64,000 bases of DNA, taken from positions 1 to 64,000 of the forward strand of contig JBFLGF010000002.1 in the NCBI GenBank assembly GCA_050230475.1. Direction: 5' to 3'. This document shows, piece by piece, positions 10,563 to 25,029 of the stretch. Numbering within the stretch: position 1 is the stretch's first letter; each line of letters starts with the position of its first letter. The position numbers were made by a program, and so were the translations under genes. The DNA is from Ancylonema sp. Lineage: Eukaryota. Under the pieces are notes generated by a model, which was given only the letters and a program-made list of their open reading frames with translations, had not been told where the DNA came from and searched no databases.

Positions 10563-13500
10563 ATGAAGAGGATTGCTCAGAATTTCTTTCGAGCAGCCTC
10601 TAGGGGAGATCATGCGATTACTGCTTCACTCAAACCTACGCTTAAACGTACACAGGACCTTCCTGCACAGCCAATTGCGCAATGTTGCAAATCGGGATTT
10701 TTGGCATGCGACCAACGAGCACTTCACTGTACCTCGAATGCACCGAAATTCAGCGACGCACTCACAATTGCTTGTATTAGGCAATACTCAAACAAAGAAG
10801 CTACACAGGATGCTAGAAATTGGGATGGGGGAGAGTCAATGGCTGACGAGATGATTCGATACAGCCAGTCACGCAGGCGAACCGGTGAGATTGGGTCGGA
10901 AATTACTTGCCCTGGTTCGTGCCAGACACTCTCATTTTCTGTCGAGCCGATGCTGTGATCCAGGCTTACTCTCTGGTCGTTTTCATGTCTCCATGGAACG
11001 CCTCGCAGATTTTGAAGAATCGACTCGGATCCTTGAGCATGGCCTCTCGTTCCTCATTGCTGATGGGAAAGGGTGTGCCACATCAGCTGCCAGAGTCTTG
11101 TTGTACCTTTCGACGTTGCACGCAGATAGGTAATCCTGGAATCATGCAAACAACAAATATAACCTATACTAGCCAAACAAATTCATGAACGTTACTGTTC
11201 ATGAATTTTCGAATTCTCAAACGGTCTGCTATCGGCACTGAGCTGTTCAATACATCATTTGCTTGTCACCCGCCCCTCCAACACAACACACTCGAGTGGT
11301 TCGCAGAGCGAATCTGGAGGCGTCATCGGAAGCTCTTCATCAAGCATTGTCATTGGAGGGAGCATCATGTGAAGTGACAGGTGTGGTCCCCACCCCCCTC
11401 GCAACCACCGCAGCTGCCAGCTGGCTTCGCCCATTCCCATCCCCATTCGTTGCAACGATGCAGTCGCTGCTCTGGAAGCGCTATCAGGGATCTGCCTGCG
11501 CAGAAATCAGGTGTGGAGGGATACCTACACCCACTCCTCTGTCCAGTCACATTCACATCCACATCCGCATTCATTCCGCCTCAGGATCCCCACCTCTGCG
11601 CCACCTGTCTGCACACCAACGATGTTCACTCCCGTGTCGGTGGATGACAGGACGACGCAGCCATCGATTTCGCTGCGAAGTCGGTCTTAGTGGCCGACGC
11701 AGCTCTGCAGGAGGCAGGAGGGGACAGCGGTACTGCGCTTGCCCTCAGGTGTCGCGCCCAGGCCTCCCTGGCCCTCGCACAGCACTTGAGGGGAAACGTG
11801 GAAGCGGCCGAGAGACTGTTTGTGGAGGCGAATTCGGAGCAGGAGAACTTCAGCGACGACAGCGTGTTCGGCTCAGGTGAGCGAGCCCTCATGCCACCAG
11901 AAGTTTCTCGGAAATCGCGGGGATTCAGAGGGTTATAGCGATAACAGCTGCTTTCTCAGAGCTCTCACATTTGCAGAATGAGTGATATCTTTTCATGGAG
12001 CCATTTGTACTGCATGGCAGTCGAACCAGTCTCTCATTCTCTCATTCTCTCATTTTCCCATTTTCCCGCACACATTGGTCCATGCAGAAGGCCTTCTGTT
12101 ATTTACGGGAATTCCATCTACCCAACCACATCTTTCCAGGCACACCTCCTCTTCAGTCACTGAAAAGTTCCCCCCCCCCCCCCCTCCCCACCAGCTGCCG
12201 CAGTTCTAGCGGACGCGCAGCACTGCCACAGCTGGGGCCGGCTCTCGCACGCTTCTGTCCTCTACGATCGCGCTCTCCACCTGGCGGGCAGGGGAGAGGG
12301 CTGTGCCCCCAGACTGGCAGTGGCAGCGGCAGACATGGCCCCCCCAGAGGTGGTCATGGCTGCTCTGGCGGGGCTGGGCCAGCTCGCAGGGCACCTGGGG
12401 TGAGCAGGGCAGGGCAACCCATTCACGAATTTTGAGATGTATCGGTTCCCGTTGGACGAGGTCTGACTCCTTTGTTGGAGTGAGGTGGCTGTGAGTGACA
12501 GGGGATGGGGGGGAGGGTGGGTGGGCGGCAGGGACTACGAGGAGGCGGAAGTAAAGCTGACTGCTGCCCTCACCAAAAGCGAATCCATCAGCGGTGAAAA
12601 ACACAACACCTTCACAGCACTCCAATTCGAGTACTGAAACCGTTCCTATATGGGCACTCAATGAGTACGCACGCACGTGTGTATACACCTCATGGGGTCA
12701 TATAGAGAGAGAGGAGACGGCATTCTCACACTTCATTTCCCGGGGGGTCGGGTGGTCAGGCCCGAAGCACCCTCGAGTGGGGGCGATTTTGTCGGTCATG
12801 GCGCACGTCTATCACTGCCGAGCCATGGCGAGAGGCACGGGGGACCGAATGCTCGCCGAGGTCACGCTCTGCCGCTGACTGATCGAATGACTTTGGAATC
12901 AGTACTTTACTTTGATACAGAAAGCGGGATGATGATACTTCTGCCTGATGCTACTGTGCTCACTGGGTCTGTGGACCTCTGGATCTGAAATCCCGTCATG
13001 TCATCTCCCTTCTTTCTTGCCTCCACTGCAGAGAAGCACTCCTCCTCTGAGTACACCGCGGCTGTGTGTGTATGTGTGTGTTGTAAGATTGCAGTTGTGG
13101 TCGGGTGCAGGGCTTGTACAAGAAAGCGTTGCAGCTCATGGGGGGGCAAGGAGAGAAGAAATCAGGTAGGGCACCAACTCCTGAAGACTGGTCTGTCGGT
13201 CGGGTGGTAGGCAACTCTTTTCTAGATTGCGTTTTTGAGCTCCTAGGGTGCCTGAGGGCTACGAGAACTGGAGGGCCATTCAATCACATCTGCTGTGACT
13301 GTTTTTATTTGGGTGCAGGGGAAGGCCACCCCTCTGACTTAATAGCTCTCACTGAAGGTACGATGCTGCCCCACGCGTACCGAACACACTCACATTGTTG
13401 CTGCGTCTCAAAGTGATGCATGTGTTTTATGCCAGGTAGACAGACTTCCAGAATCCTGACCCTATCCGTGCTTTTCGGGCGGAGCAGCGCGGTGCTCCGT

Positions 13501-13726
13501 AGTCTTGAGTTGGGCTCAGGGCCGATCTTCGGAGGCGGACCAGTTGATGAGGTCAGCAGGCCTCCATTGGCAGAGCAGTCAGAGCATGGAAGTGGCTCTG
13601 GCACGGGGGAGGGTACCAGATGCGCCTCTGGACGAAACAGATGAGGACGGGGGCAGAGACACGCATGCAGAAATATCAAAAAGGTGCACAGTTGTGGATG
13701 TTCGGTTGGGACGAGTCTTTGTTTAG
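10563..13726 (+). CDS. SSR1: Mitochondrial TPR-like protein similar to Arabidopsis SSR1/NDP1 (At5g02130); multi-exon
   Basis: Basic presequence-like N-terminus MKRIAQNFFRAASR; exons MADEMIRYS, ESTRILEHGLSFL...ARVLLYLSTLH, GNVEAAERLF, GPKHPRVGAILSVMAHVY, EGLYKKALQLM, and C-terminal CTVVDVRLGRVFV-stop follow the order of motifs in the plant family. Confidence 0.7.
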
Positions 13727-14313
13727 GAGCAATCAAGGGTACCTTGCATTTTGCATTTTGATGCACCATAGAGTTATGCGTAGGTAACAGATGCACCACA
13801 TTCACCATGTTGATAAGCCACTCACAGCTTGATAGCATCACGATACCAAACACTAGATTCGAGGCTATTTTCTGTGCGTAAGCGTGTGAACACGCCTTCA
13901 TGATTCGTGCATTATGTGCCAGCAGACGGCTCGTGAAATGGCAAAATACGTTTTGGCTCTCAATTGTGTAGCACCATCCTCAGTCCCATTTTTCCGACTT
14001 GAATTATTGAACTCTTGATGTACATTGAAGCCATCTTGTGCTCCATGTTAGTGTGTGGGACATGCGTCATGTTGACTTCGATATAGGATACGCTGATGGT
14101 TTTAGACGATTTTTCTAGGTCTTACAAGCATGCGCATGGCTTTGTTAGATGGAAACAAATCAACACACCAATACAACAAATATAAGAAACAGATTTGTTG
14201 TGTCACAAGCTGAACATGAAATATTTAGAATACAATATAGAATACACATTCACTAGCACTGCTCATTGCGGCATTGCTAGGGTCAAATAAGAAGCATACA
14301 CCAATCTTGAAGG

Positions 14314-17300
14314 TCACTCAAAAGGATATTTACTACCAGATGCTATGGCAGAGAGGCCCTCCACATAAGATGGGAACTTGAGGTTCACTCGGAGCTCTTT
14401 CCTGATTTTGAAATTTTGCACCCTCTTTTCGGGCAAGCTAGCATCAATGATAGCGTGTTCTTCTCGCAACAGCTTACGATGGTTGGTATCGTCGCTCCCT
14501 CCTAGTTTCATCTTTGAGTCACTTTGGAAGTGTGTATTCGACACTGCGCTTCCTCCACCTTTTACCTCCAATAGTGAAGTAGCAAATGCCAACACCTCTT
14601 GTCGAGATGCGGGCAAGTTGTCGACAACGTTGTAAATTTCACTGAAGAGCCAGAACACCATCAACACCGCAATGTCGCAATGTGTTGACACGACGCACAC
14701 AAATGAGATTGTAACGATAATGGTCGAGGGATGAAACGCACAAACCACGCAAAAGAATAGAGACGACACAATACCAAAGCTTACAACAAATGAGACCAAT
14801 GGTCCAAAACCCGCTTACCCATTCCTCGGATCAGCAATGCTTGCTTCGATGACTCCGCAAATGTCGGCCACATGGCACCGTGACACATATTGCTGCGCCC
14901 CTCTGCGTCGCTGACTCGAGCTTGTCGGCTTAGGATTCCCAACCACGTCCAACACGCTGCACCACAACAAGGCACTGCCATTCACATCCTCGTGCCTTCC
15001 ATGTCCTCCCACGCGCACCGTTGAAAGAAAACGAAACGAACACACCGTTTCAGCCCTATGAAAGTTGCTACCATTGCCAAGGTCTCACGCTCAGTTTGCG
15101 TGGTTTGAATGTCTTCAGAGACAGCTGTTCCCACCGTACCTCCCGCATCTTCTAAACAACCCCAGACTCAATACCGAACCACAACATGTAACACACTGAA
15201 CGCGATTGCATCACTCTTGCCCACACTCTTTTCCCATACTATCAGGATACAATATTGAGGTTGTTATTTATATGCATATATATATACATGTATATATATA
15301 CATATATACATACATATGTATGTATATATATATACATATGTATATATATATATACATATATACATACATATGTATATATATATATACATACATATGTATA
15401 TATATATATACATATGTATGTATATATATATATGTATATCTATATGTATATATATGTATATTTATATATATATTGTTTACCTCCGCCCAGGCGGCCCATA
15501 GATTCCTCCGCATCGAAACACGTGCGCGGCTGCATGGCTCCCTCTGCTGAGGGACAGCCAATTGCACTCCGCTTTGAACCGCGCCAACGATTTCGCATCA
15601 AATGGACGCGCCTCTGAGCTGCAAAACAAGCGACCAGAGGCTGCCTCTGAATCCATTGTTTTGCTGTGAAGTCTGATTTGACAGGGCTTGTAATGTTGAC
15701 AGCAGATCGGATATCTCGTTCCCAGACATGTGCGTTCACACGGAGACATGGCCTGCTGGTACAGGTAAAAAAAAGTACGATGCACCCTCGCACCACCGCC
15801 AGTCATTCCCTTGTTGCTTTCACAGTCACCCCCTCACCTCTCGTCGACCCACTCGCCCTTCCAGTCTCCGTACACCGCTGTCCACACAGGACACAGCTGC
15901 CACGTCAGCAATGTGCCACGTCAGCACCACGGTGTGTGATGAGTGCATAGGGATGACCACTTTCGGTGCCCGAAACGATCATCGAAAGGCCGTCATGTAG
16001 AGGACCACGCTTAGAGTCATGGCCACAGAAATTCTAAGCTGGATCAGGCCGAGTATCCGAACCCGTGAATGAGTTGAGTGGGCCATTCCCTGCGAGTCCG
16101 TGGGGCCCTACATGTGGTGGAGATGTACCCAATCCACGTCAGCGCCCTGCTGGCAGCCTCAAGTATGTCCTTCCTATGGAGTTCTAACACCTGTCAAGCC
16201 CTCCACGAGACATCACACTCGCTGTCATTCTTCAGCATCACAGACATGTCACACTGCCGCCCCTTCATTTGGACGTCGATCTTTTTGGCTTGCTCCTGAT
16301 AACACTTTATAGGCACACATGTCCGAGAAGCTAATCCCTGAGCCTTTCCCAAACTCAACGGAATGACTCTGTCACTCTCAAGTCACTATTGTGACTCTAT
16401 AATACGTTGGACTCTATCATGTTGGCCCGGGAGCAGAAGGTGAACGAGATGGCCACGTCCTCCTTACCACGTCAGCGCCGTTGCCATCTGGCGCTATCGT
16501 CGATAAAACGTGAGTCGCAGTGCGAAGCGCTTCTCGACCCTCTTCGCTGTTGCCCTCAAATCGCAACCCATCCACCACTCCCATGAGCACACCATCTCTG
16601 CTACACTTGCATGATGATGAGGATCCGGAGGAGTTCGTACGAGTCACATTTCTGTTTATATGAAGAGAACAGCATGGCGAGAAAGAAGGATGTTGCTCTG
16701 CGGACCTGGGCGTTTATTACTGAGTACAGGTGACTATGATTTGTTTCGTTGACAATACCTGAGGCCGCTTCCCAAGCGAGCAGGATCGAAATCATATGTC
16801 TTCACAGTCATCTGTTGAGCGTCAGATGTCAGATGGGGAGGCTGACGAGAAGTTCCACACAAGTCCCTGAGAGCAGTGATGAGATAATTGTTAAGTACCG
16901 ATTTCGAATGTCTGCGGAATGCGATGCTGAAAGACCGCTGACGCATAAAAAATAATATGCAGCGTCTGGTGGGCGTCTATGACAAACCGCTTGCCTTTCG
17001 CAAGACCGACTCTGCAGCTCCAGTTCCAGAAGTGTCCCAAGCTGTCACTGTTCGCAATGTGCGACAGCAGCAGTGGTTGGGGAGAGTGCGCCTCACCATC
17101 CTTTTCGATGCAGCGTAGCGCAAATTGCTCGGCCCGTATATCCAATACCGAAGCAGAAAAGCCTCGGAGAGACTGTGGTTGACTCGGCTCCTTCGCACTG
17201 AGGGACGCGTCGGTATGAATCCGCAGCTCTATGTTCATGGTAGTAAATTTGTCGACGAGTGCGGCTGTCAACAGAAGAATGAAGACCAAAAATTGCGGGT

Positions 17301-17323
17301 TGGGGGAGGAAAAGGAGAACCAT
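14314..17323 (-). CDS. YeeZ-like NAD(P)-dependent epimerase/dehydratase (atypical SDR); multi-exon
   Basis: [11 protein letters not shown] (Rossmann), [84 protein letters not shown]. Confidence 0.85.
15270..15472. repeat. (AT)/(ATAC) microsatellite in intron
   Basis: Directly visible; begins about 8 nt after the minus-strand donor at 15480. Confidence 0.95.
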
Positions 17324-18370
17324 CTTGGACGTAGCGTTGTTTCAAACTCTCCGTTTTCTATACTACATGGCGCTTCGGCGTTTTTCCATAAAATTTCAGC
17401 GTTCTACGACAAAGCCACTAGCAGTGAAAATATATGTAACGCAGAGCCTGTCATTAAATTCGACAGACTGCGCGGATTACAGCAGAATGAGAGAAAGACA
17501 ACTTCTGCCCGAACAGTATTCCATAGCAGATGTGAACGGCACCATTGTGCAGTTTTCATCTGCACCACATATCTAACAATGTTGCGAAAGGACAGTTCTC
17601 ATTTTGCAACCTCACCTCAGTGCGTACCTTAAAAATAAAGGCTATGCCTGTATCGCCAAGGACGGGCTCTGACACCAGGAGACGACTACGGAAAAAGTGC
17701 CACGTGGCTCACTGCCATGGGTGACACGGCTGGAAAACTGGATGGAGTCAAACCTTTCTAGGAAGCGAGTGTGTGACCGACATACATTTGATTCTTGTTA
17801 TAGGCATACCTCTGGGCACGGGATATTTGAGCCTACAACATTTTTCGTCAATGACGAGCTGAGCACTCGCCCAGCTCCACCCTGCCCCGCCCAGCGCAAG
17901 TCGGACTCGGGTTCGACTCTTCCTCTCTACCGAATTCACGATTTTGATGCGGTCGAGGGCTACACACTGCCCAACCCACGTGGGGGGCTTATTCCAGCCA
18001 GTCGTCGGGTTGTGCACAATGCTGCGAACAGGGGGACGTCGTGGTCGGTCGTCTAAATCCAGTGCAAAAACTTTACCCAACACTACAATGAGAACAGAGC
18101 ATACTCACCCGTCATTGACTACGCCATGCAGCTGATCTTTAGTGCGTAAACTTGTCAGTGCACAAAGAGAAATCTGGTGGACGAGAGTAGTCACTGCGAA
18201 ATATGGCTGTCGAAGCCAAGTCATCAATTGCTTCCAGGTGTGGCCAAAATTTGAGTAATCTCAGCAGATGGAGCGGGGAAACCTTGAGATTTTTTTCCTT
18301 CTTGACACCCTTAATCGAGCCTTTTGCCCACTATTATAGTCATACACTGCCAAATACAGGGCAGAAAATT

Positions 18371-19613
18371 ATGGCTGTTTCCGTCTGCAATCTTCAGCCA
18401 GGGGTGATATTGACATTTTTTCACGGACACATCACCAAGAGCAATGTGGAGAATAATCATATCGTTCTCCTGAGAATCAAGCGTGCCAAATTCATTCCCT
18501 GTACTCACCCGTGGAGACCGGGACCTTCTCAAGGAGTTCACCTTGCCCTCAGCTGCCATGCCATCAATGTTTCAGATGGTGGAAGAGATGGAGAGGCAGG
18601 CGACAAAAATTGGCAGGGAATATTGGTTGACATGATTCGAGTGCAGTCTGACAGAGTGCGTGTCAATGAACTCGTAGAAGAGAAAACTCGCTTGCTGAAT
18701 GGCATAGCACAGGGCGCCAACGAAGAATATCAACGAATCGCAGAGGAGATATCAAATAACAACAAATATGGATATGGCAGGACATCGGGTGAATATTCGA
18801 AGTGAAAACTTGACTGGGGATGTCTGCACCAATACTGTCCAGTCACATGTCGAAGCTATGATAAAAATGAAAATCATCCCTGAAACCAGGAGCTGGTTAA
18901 ATTTGCTGGTTGGTCGATTGATCAACATCATACATTGGGCTGCAGCAATGGAGTTTCTGGCGTCCTGTAACCTTCCATTGTTTTTAATGAGCATGTGGGG
19001 TGGTATTTAGCCATTGTTGTGGTTAAGATAGGTATTCATGCCATAACTGTTCCATCGCTGCAATGCCTTGATCTTCTCAGAGAATGTGGCATAGCTCTGC
19101 GAGTCGCGGAGCGGATGAAAGCCGATGCTTTCGAATTGGAAGAGGAATTGGCAATTGCCAGAGAACAAACGGAACAAGAAGACTGTGATTTCGAAGAATT
19201 TGAGAAGCAAGTGCATCAGTCTCGTGGTTGCAGTCTTTTCTTCAAAATCCTGTTTACCAAACCAGTTTCGAGTACTTGTACCTTTGATGCTGATGAGCTA
19301 AAGACAATGCATGAAATACAGAATGCAGTATCAGGCATCCATGATAAAACCGCAGGTTCAAAGGCAAGGAGGTCCCTTTACATAAAGATGTTGTTTTTAG
19401 TACATCTAACGTTGGTGGATCTGGCTTTGGAAGATATGACTAATAAACGATAAAAAGGACTGGCCGAAGCTTGATTTGTGTAGTGTTCTATGTGTAACAT
19501 TGATTGCGCAGTTGGTGTATAAAAATACACTTTCACCCGACAGAAAGTTACTTCAGCGTAATGAATTCAATGGTGAACACCTGTTCTGGACCAAGAGGGT
19601 AAGATGTGGTTGA
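18371..19613 (+). pseudogene. At3g09050-like plastid coiled-coil/transmembrane protein with two apparent frameshifts (pseudogene or sequence errors)
   Basis: ILVDMIRVQSDRVRVNELVEEKT...ANEEYQRIAEE, then a shift near 18750 to ITTNMDMAGHR|GT; exon 2 ...SLFFKIL...AGSKARRSLY...; then a shift near 19447 to KDWPKLDLCSVLCVTLIAQLVYK, matching the family's DW...AQ.VYE tail. Confidence 0.6.
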
Positions 19614-19886
19614 ACATGTGCATGGCCTAAGCGAGGGGACATGTGTGAAAATAGCATATCCTACCACATGAGATCGCCAGCATAGAGCATAGAGCATCGA
19701 GCATACGACTGGCGATCATTTCATCAATTCGTCATTTTTCCATTTTTCGTTTCATATTTTTATCTTTACCATCTGTACTTTTGATTGAGTCAACCAGATA
19801 TATATGTAGGATACTGGTAATTGTGCAGTCAGTGCCAACCAGACAATGTTTGAAAAATTCAAGAAGATAAGGATGTCTCGTATGCC

Positions 19887-21095
19887 TCATGATTGAACAT
19901 TTTGCTCCGCTTGACCCGATACCAGGGCATTATTCATTGCTCTTCGCACTTGGATGAGTATGTCCAAAGGTGGCTTTAGAGTCTGCAAAAAAACTGGCGT
20001 GATGTCTAAGCAGGGGAACAATGCAGCAGAAATCAGTGCGTGTGTCAGAGCCAGCTCCCACAGAAGTCTGCTGCAAATAGGTGGGGCAGACATTTCGTCC
20101 AAAAGCAAACAAATATGTGGTGCAGCTTTACCTGGAATGCGAGAAACAGTCGATCGTGTCCTTGCATGAGGATTGCAAGATAGAAGTAACAGCCTGCAGG
20201 AGTGACTGCTTCATTGATCACAGCCGCTGTGATGCAGTCAATGGGAACGAAACGGGTCTGAGATCTGCCACTGCAAGGAAAGAACTCCCCAAATTATAGA
20301 TAATGTTACAGCGAGTGCAATCAATTGCACAACGATGGGGACTACCCAAATTATTGGATGGTCTGATAAACAAAATCTCCTTTTATTGCAGGACATCGTA
20401 TTCATCTGAAATATTATGCAATGGAAGTCACCTGCCACCAGCGAGTCATACCTGTATGAGCGAGCCACCATCTGGATCCCAAGAGAATGGAAGATTGTGA
20501 CTGATTCTGCAAAAGTCCGCGATATCAACATGATTCCCCACTCTCTGTGTATGTGTAGCATACACTGCTCGTCGCGTATTTTTGTGTTCTTACCCTCTAC
20601 GATGAGCGATGATCTCCATAGCAGCCAAACGAAGGCCCCTCCTAGAAGAACCGCGACCAACAGGTTCAAACCGTCCGCGTGTCTTGTGGTTGCACTTACC
20701 ACCTGGTATGATTTTGCGGGGTCAACATGAAAGACTTGGAGAGGCGAACAACGATTAGAGTTACAGGTCACCTGGGACTAATTTGCGGGCAAAGTGTACA
20801 TAGCCTTCACAAATGATCCCGATCAGCTTTCAAGGCATTGTATTGAAGTCACCTGTACCAGTGCTGCTCCAGCTGCTGAGATGACTGCGAGGGGGATTCG
20901 AACAGCTTGGAATAATCCGAGAGCAAATGCGCCAGAGGGTGTTCGGGACAATCGGACTCCTATCCAGGAAAGAAGATTCCGCCTATTCTTCGACTTATAT
21001 TTGATCTGCACCGAGTGCGTTTCGGCACAATTTTCTCCATATTTCTGGACAGCGTATTTGAACCTGGCTCTGTAGGATTTGGACGAAGACTCCAT
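19887..21095 (-). CDS. PIGH: GPI-GlcNAc transferase subunit H (PIG-H); multi-exon
   Basis: MESSSKSYRARFKY..., hydrophobic segments, ESVTIFHSLGIQM, RFVPIDCITAAVINEAVTPAGCYFYLAILMQGHDRLFLAFQ|TLKPPLDILIQV. Confidence 0.85.
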
Positions 21096-21653
21096 TCCTC
21101 ATTTTTCAGTCTTGTATTCATACACATTCAGTCACGACACCGTCCAGTTCGGCTTTCTTTCAGCAATATGACGTGAACATGATACCGGTGCGTCACGTGA
21201 GCATTGCGATATTCTCAATTTTGTTCAGAGTTGAAGGCCATGCATGACGCAGAACACGTCCTTGCATGTCAGATGCACTTGACATTACACTGGATATGCT
21301 GTTGTGGAAGTGAATCGAAATTGCCATGTTGTTTGGTGTGTGTGTGGTGCCTCTGCAGAATCCAAATTCGGTTAGTCTGAAATTTTGCGCCAGAGGCAGA
21401 ATCACCAGACAGGAAACGACGCAACATTATTGCCACAAGGTAACCATGGCACAATTCCTCGGCGTCTTTTCTTATCAGTCCAATTCGTAGCGCCTGGAAC
21501 GGAACTCCTTGTCCAAATCAAGTCACTACCCCATTGCGAGTCTGGCTATGACTGTGGGGTATCAGGGACAGGAAGTCATTACGGAGATTACTGTTCGAAT
21601 CAATGAGGCCACCCATGGTCACTAACGTGCGATAGTGTCCTCATCCGCGCTGG

Positions 21654-22435
21654 ATGTCTCACGCGAATTTCGTATGGCTCGTGTTAAAGCGGTCCCTTCT
21701 CCTGACGCCTGTAGCACTAACTCTGACGGATAATGTGGCTAGCGTGGGCTCAATCCGGGGTCGTTCCATGCAGCCGACGCTGAATCCAGAAGGGTATCTC
21801 CTAAAAGATTGGGTTCTATTAGAGAAATTCAATCGTCAACGCTACAAATATGAGAGAGGCCAGGTCGTCATCTTCAAGTAAGCAGCATCCATTTGCGAGA
21901 CCGAATTCATGTATAATACGCGGGCCTGCTAAGATCGAAAATTAATTCAAATTGTCTGCTTGGGCAGTCCAGGTCGCCCGAGGAACCGAGAGTTTGGCTT
22001 GTGAAGCGAGTGGTGGCGATACAAGGGGACTGGGTGACGCTGCCCAAATCTTATGACATCACGCAGGTGCCCAAAGGGCACTGCTGGGTGGAGGGGGACA
22101 ACGAGCTCTTGAGCCACGACTCTCGAGATTTTGGACCTGTAAGTACCTCACTGCTCCAACCCAGTTTGAAGGGCCTTGTTTATTTGTTTTCTGCTGCATC
22201 AGCTTTCTTCCACACATCTGCTGTGGACCCCTGATTCTGAATGATCCCTCTTGTTGAAAGTGGGATTCAGCGGTATGGACTCTTATTTGCTGACTGAGGG
22301 TCCCTGAGCTAATCGCAGATCCCTTTGGCACTTCTAGCTGGTCGAGTGTCTTACGTGGTATGGCCGCCCACCAGAATCGGAAAAGTTGAATGCAAAGTGC
22401 CTCTAGGTCGGATATTATATTCCAAGCCCTCGTAG
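21654..22435 (+). CDS. IMP2: Mitochondrial inner membrane peptidase subunit 2 (S26 family); 3 exons
   Basis: GRSMQPTLNP, LVKRVVAIQGDWV, VPKGHCWVEGDN...SHDSRDFGP|IPLALLAGRVSYVVWPP; TAG 22433-22435. Confidence 0.92.
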
Positions 22436-25029
22436 CAATTGGGTGATAATTTCTCCAGCGCTTGAAATCCATTTGCCCACGTGTTTGGAGAGGGTCTCCA
22501 ATTACAAATCACATCACTGAGCAGATATCAAAACCATGACACCTGATGTGATTCAAAAGCCATCAACGCTCGATTCATTTGATTTGATGGTTACATTGGG
22601 GGCTTGGACGAAGAGGGTAGGTTTAATTGTCTCTTACACTTATGAGTGATAAGCCCGTATCTGGATTTTCTACGAACATTATTTTCAATCGAACATGAAT
22701 CAGTCAACCTGAGAGAGACTTTTTGTGCACATACGTCCAAAAAAAATCAAGTGAATCTGGTGGGTTGTGCATTTTCTCCCTTTATTTCAACCCTTGGTGT
22801 GTCCGAATGCAACACAGTCCTATTGCCCTCACTTGGCAAGCTCATCGAGTCCCTTGTTCTTCTCACCAAAAAAAAACCGGCATTCGGATGTGGACTGCAA
22901 ACAACACTTGAATGAGACGTAGCATGTGTATAGTGTGCAGTGTATGGTGTATGGTGCCCACGTTTTCAGATGTATGCATCTACAAATTGCAAACAAGAGC
23001 ATAGAGCTTTACCGGATGTCTTGAGTGTGTTACGAAAGTTTACAAACGGTCCAATCTAATTGTCATAAAACATATTACCGTTCAGAGGAATAAGTATGCA
23101 ATAGCATTATTTAAAGTAATTCTCTTTAAGAAATGATACTAGATGGCAAAAAGTCACCAATTGGCAGCAACCCGTGTATCACAGGCATAGAAAATGAATG
23201 CTTCAATTGGTGCCGAAACTGAACCACTGTGATATGTTGATATGTGTGATGCTAGTAGACAACAAAATTTGAGATGAGAATTGAGAACACTAGAAGAAGA
23301 ATGTGAAAATTAAGTGACGGATACTGTAAATTTTTTTGGTATGGGAATGACTACCTATCCTAGTCTTCTCACAGGACAAAACGTGGGCGCAAAATTATCT
23401 GAAAGCACCTTTAAAAATACTCTTTGAAACTTAGTCATCCGAAAGCCATACGAAAAGCTGTCATCACAAATGTTAAAGACGAAGGACCATTCTCCACATT
23501 CGACAATTATCCAAATATTGTATCGCGTGTATACCGTTTTCCTCCCGAGTACCATCTAGCCCTACTTTGCGAATAGCATCACTCGTGTGATGTTAAGTTG
23601 TGCAAGTAATCAATTCAGCAATCGATCGTGGCAGTATGTGTCATGCATTATGTAAGTGTGTGCATGAAAAATATACACTATCCCATGCGCTTATCGATGT
23701 CATACTCATCCTGAGTAATATATCATGACTATTTCATGAGTAACCCAAGGAATCATGCTAACACTTGCGGTTTGATGACGACAATCAACTCCGGCCGTGA
23801 TTATCCTTGACACCGACTCCGTAAATGTTGCCAAAGTATAAATATCTGATTTCGTCTGTGAAACATGTAAAAACATGCAAGATAGATATCGCTGAATAGC
23901 TATGACCGTCAACCAACGCGCCCTCAACCTAAATATTCACCAACACTCATGAGGCAAGGGGCCAGAGTGGAGATCGAAGTGCGAGGTGTACGCTATAAAA
24001 TGTAGTTGGTGTGATGCATTCAACAAGACAAGGAAATGTGGAGAAGTGAGAAGTTGGCCGCCATTAATAGACTTCAGAGAAGGCAAAACGCAGGTACATT
24101 ACAAGGAAATGACGAGAATCCCATCGTGTGACAACGATAAGGTGACTAAAGTCAAGAAACCAAGTATCAACACAAACGAGACTAACGCACATGAAGTAGA
24201 TTCTAGCACATTTTTAACGAACCAGCTAACTAACTAATGTCGAAGGCTGAATGATTTTCAAGACTAGTGGACAAGTGGTAGAAGCAATGTATAGAGGACC
24301 AAAGAGGACAAGTGGCAACACGGCTCTGCAATGTCTTAACATATCGGAGAGAATTCCGAATTGGAGTGTAAACATTGTACCAAACAAAATATGTTTACAA
24401 AGCTGATTATGAACATCAATTCCTTACGTGGAAGAGAAGCGGACAAGGACAAGGACGAGTAGCTATAACAACATGAGGGATGAAAACAATCGACATTTCA
24501 AGTATTGACTGTTATTGTGTAAGGGTTCCAAAATATACATGTATAGGACCCATATCCATAGATTTGATGAATTTGATATCGCACCTTCCGTACATATAAG
24601 AGTTGTTCAAGTCATTCTGATAATTTTTAGACAAAGCCGACACCTGCTTGCTCGTTTTAAAAGGCTAATTAATGCATACAAGTTAATCAATGACAATGTG
24701 CAAAATTGGACTTGAAAAACCTCTAGAGAAGATTACACGCGTATGAATTATGGTTAACTACTGATTATTACAACCGTAATTCCCGTCAAATTGTGAGTAT
24801 ATTTTGATCTGGCATCCTCTGCTGCTGCCTCACTTAGTCTCCTTGCTTTGCACGGTTTAGGACGTGGATTTCGCTGAGGTGCACTTAGGAGGGTGATTTG
24901 CCACACAAGCTGAGTGGGCACAACACGGGTAACCTCTGTTAGTGACAATGCTCCACAATTTTTTCAAAATCCGAAATGGCTCGACTGGCCCATTCAACAA
25001 TTTGTTTATGTAATCTCTGATATTTGACC

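Noticed and set aside
23235..23945. TGTTG...CAACA solo-LTR candidate (similarly 52139-52849)
   Set aside because: No target-site duplication, PBS or PPT; such ends occur by chance.
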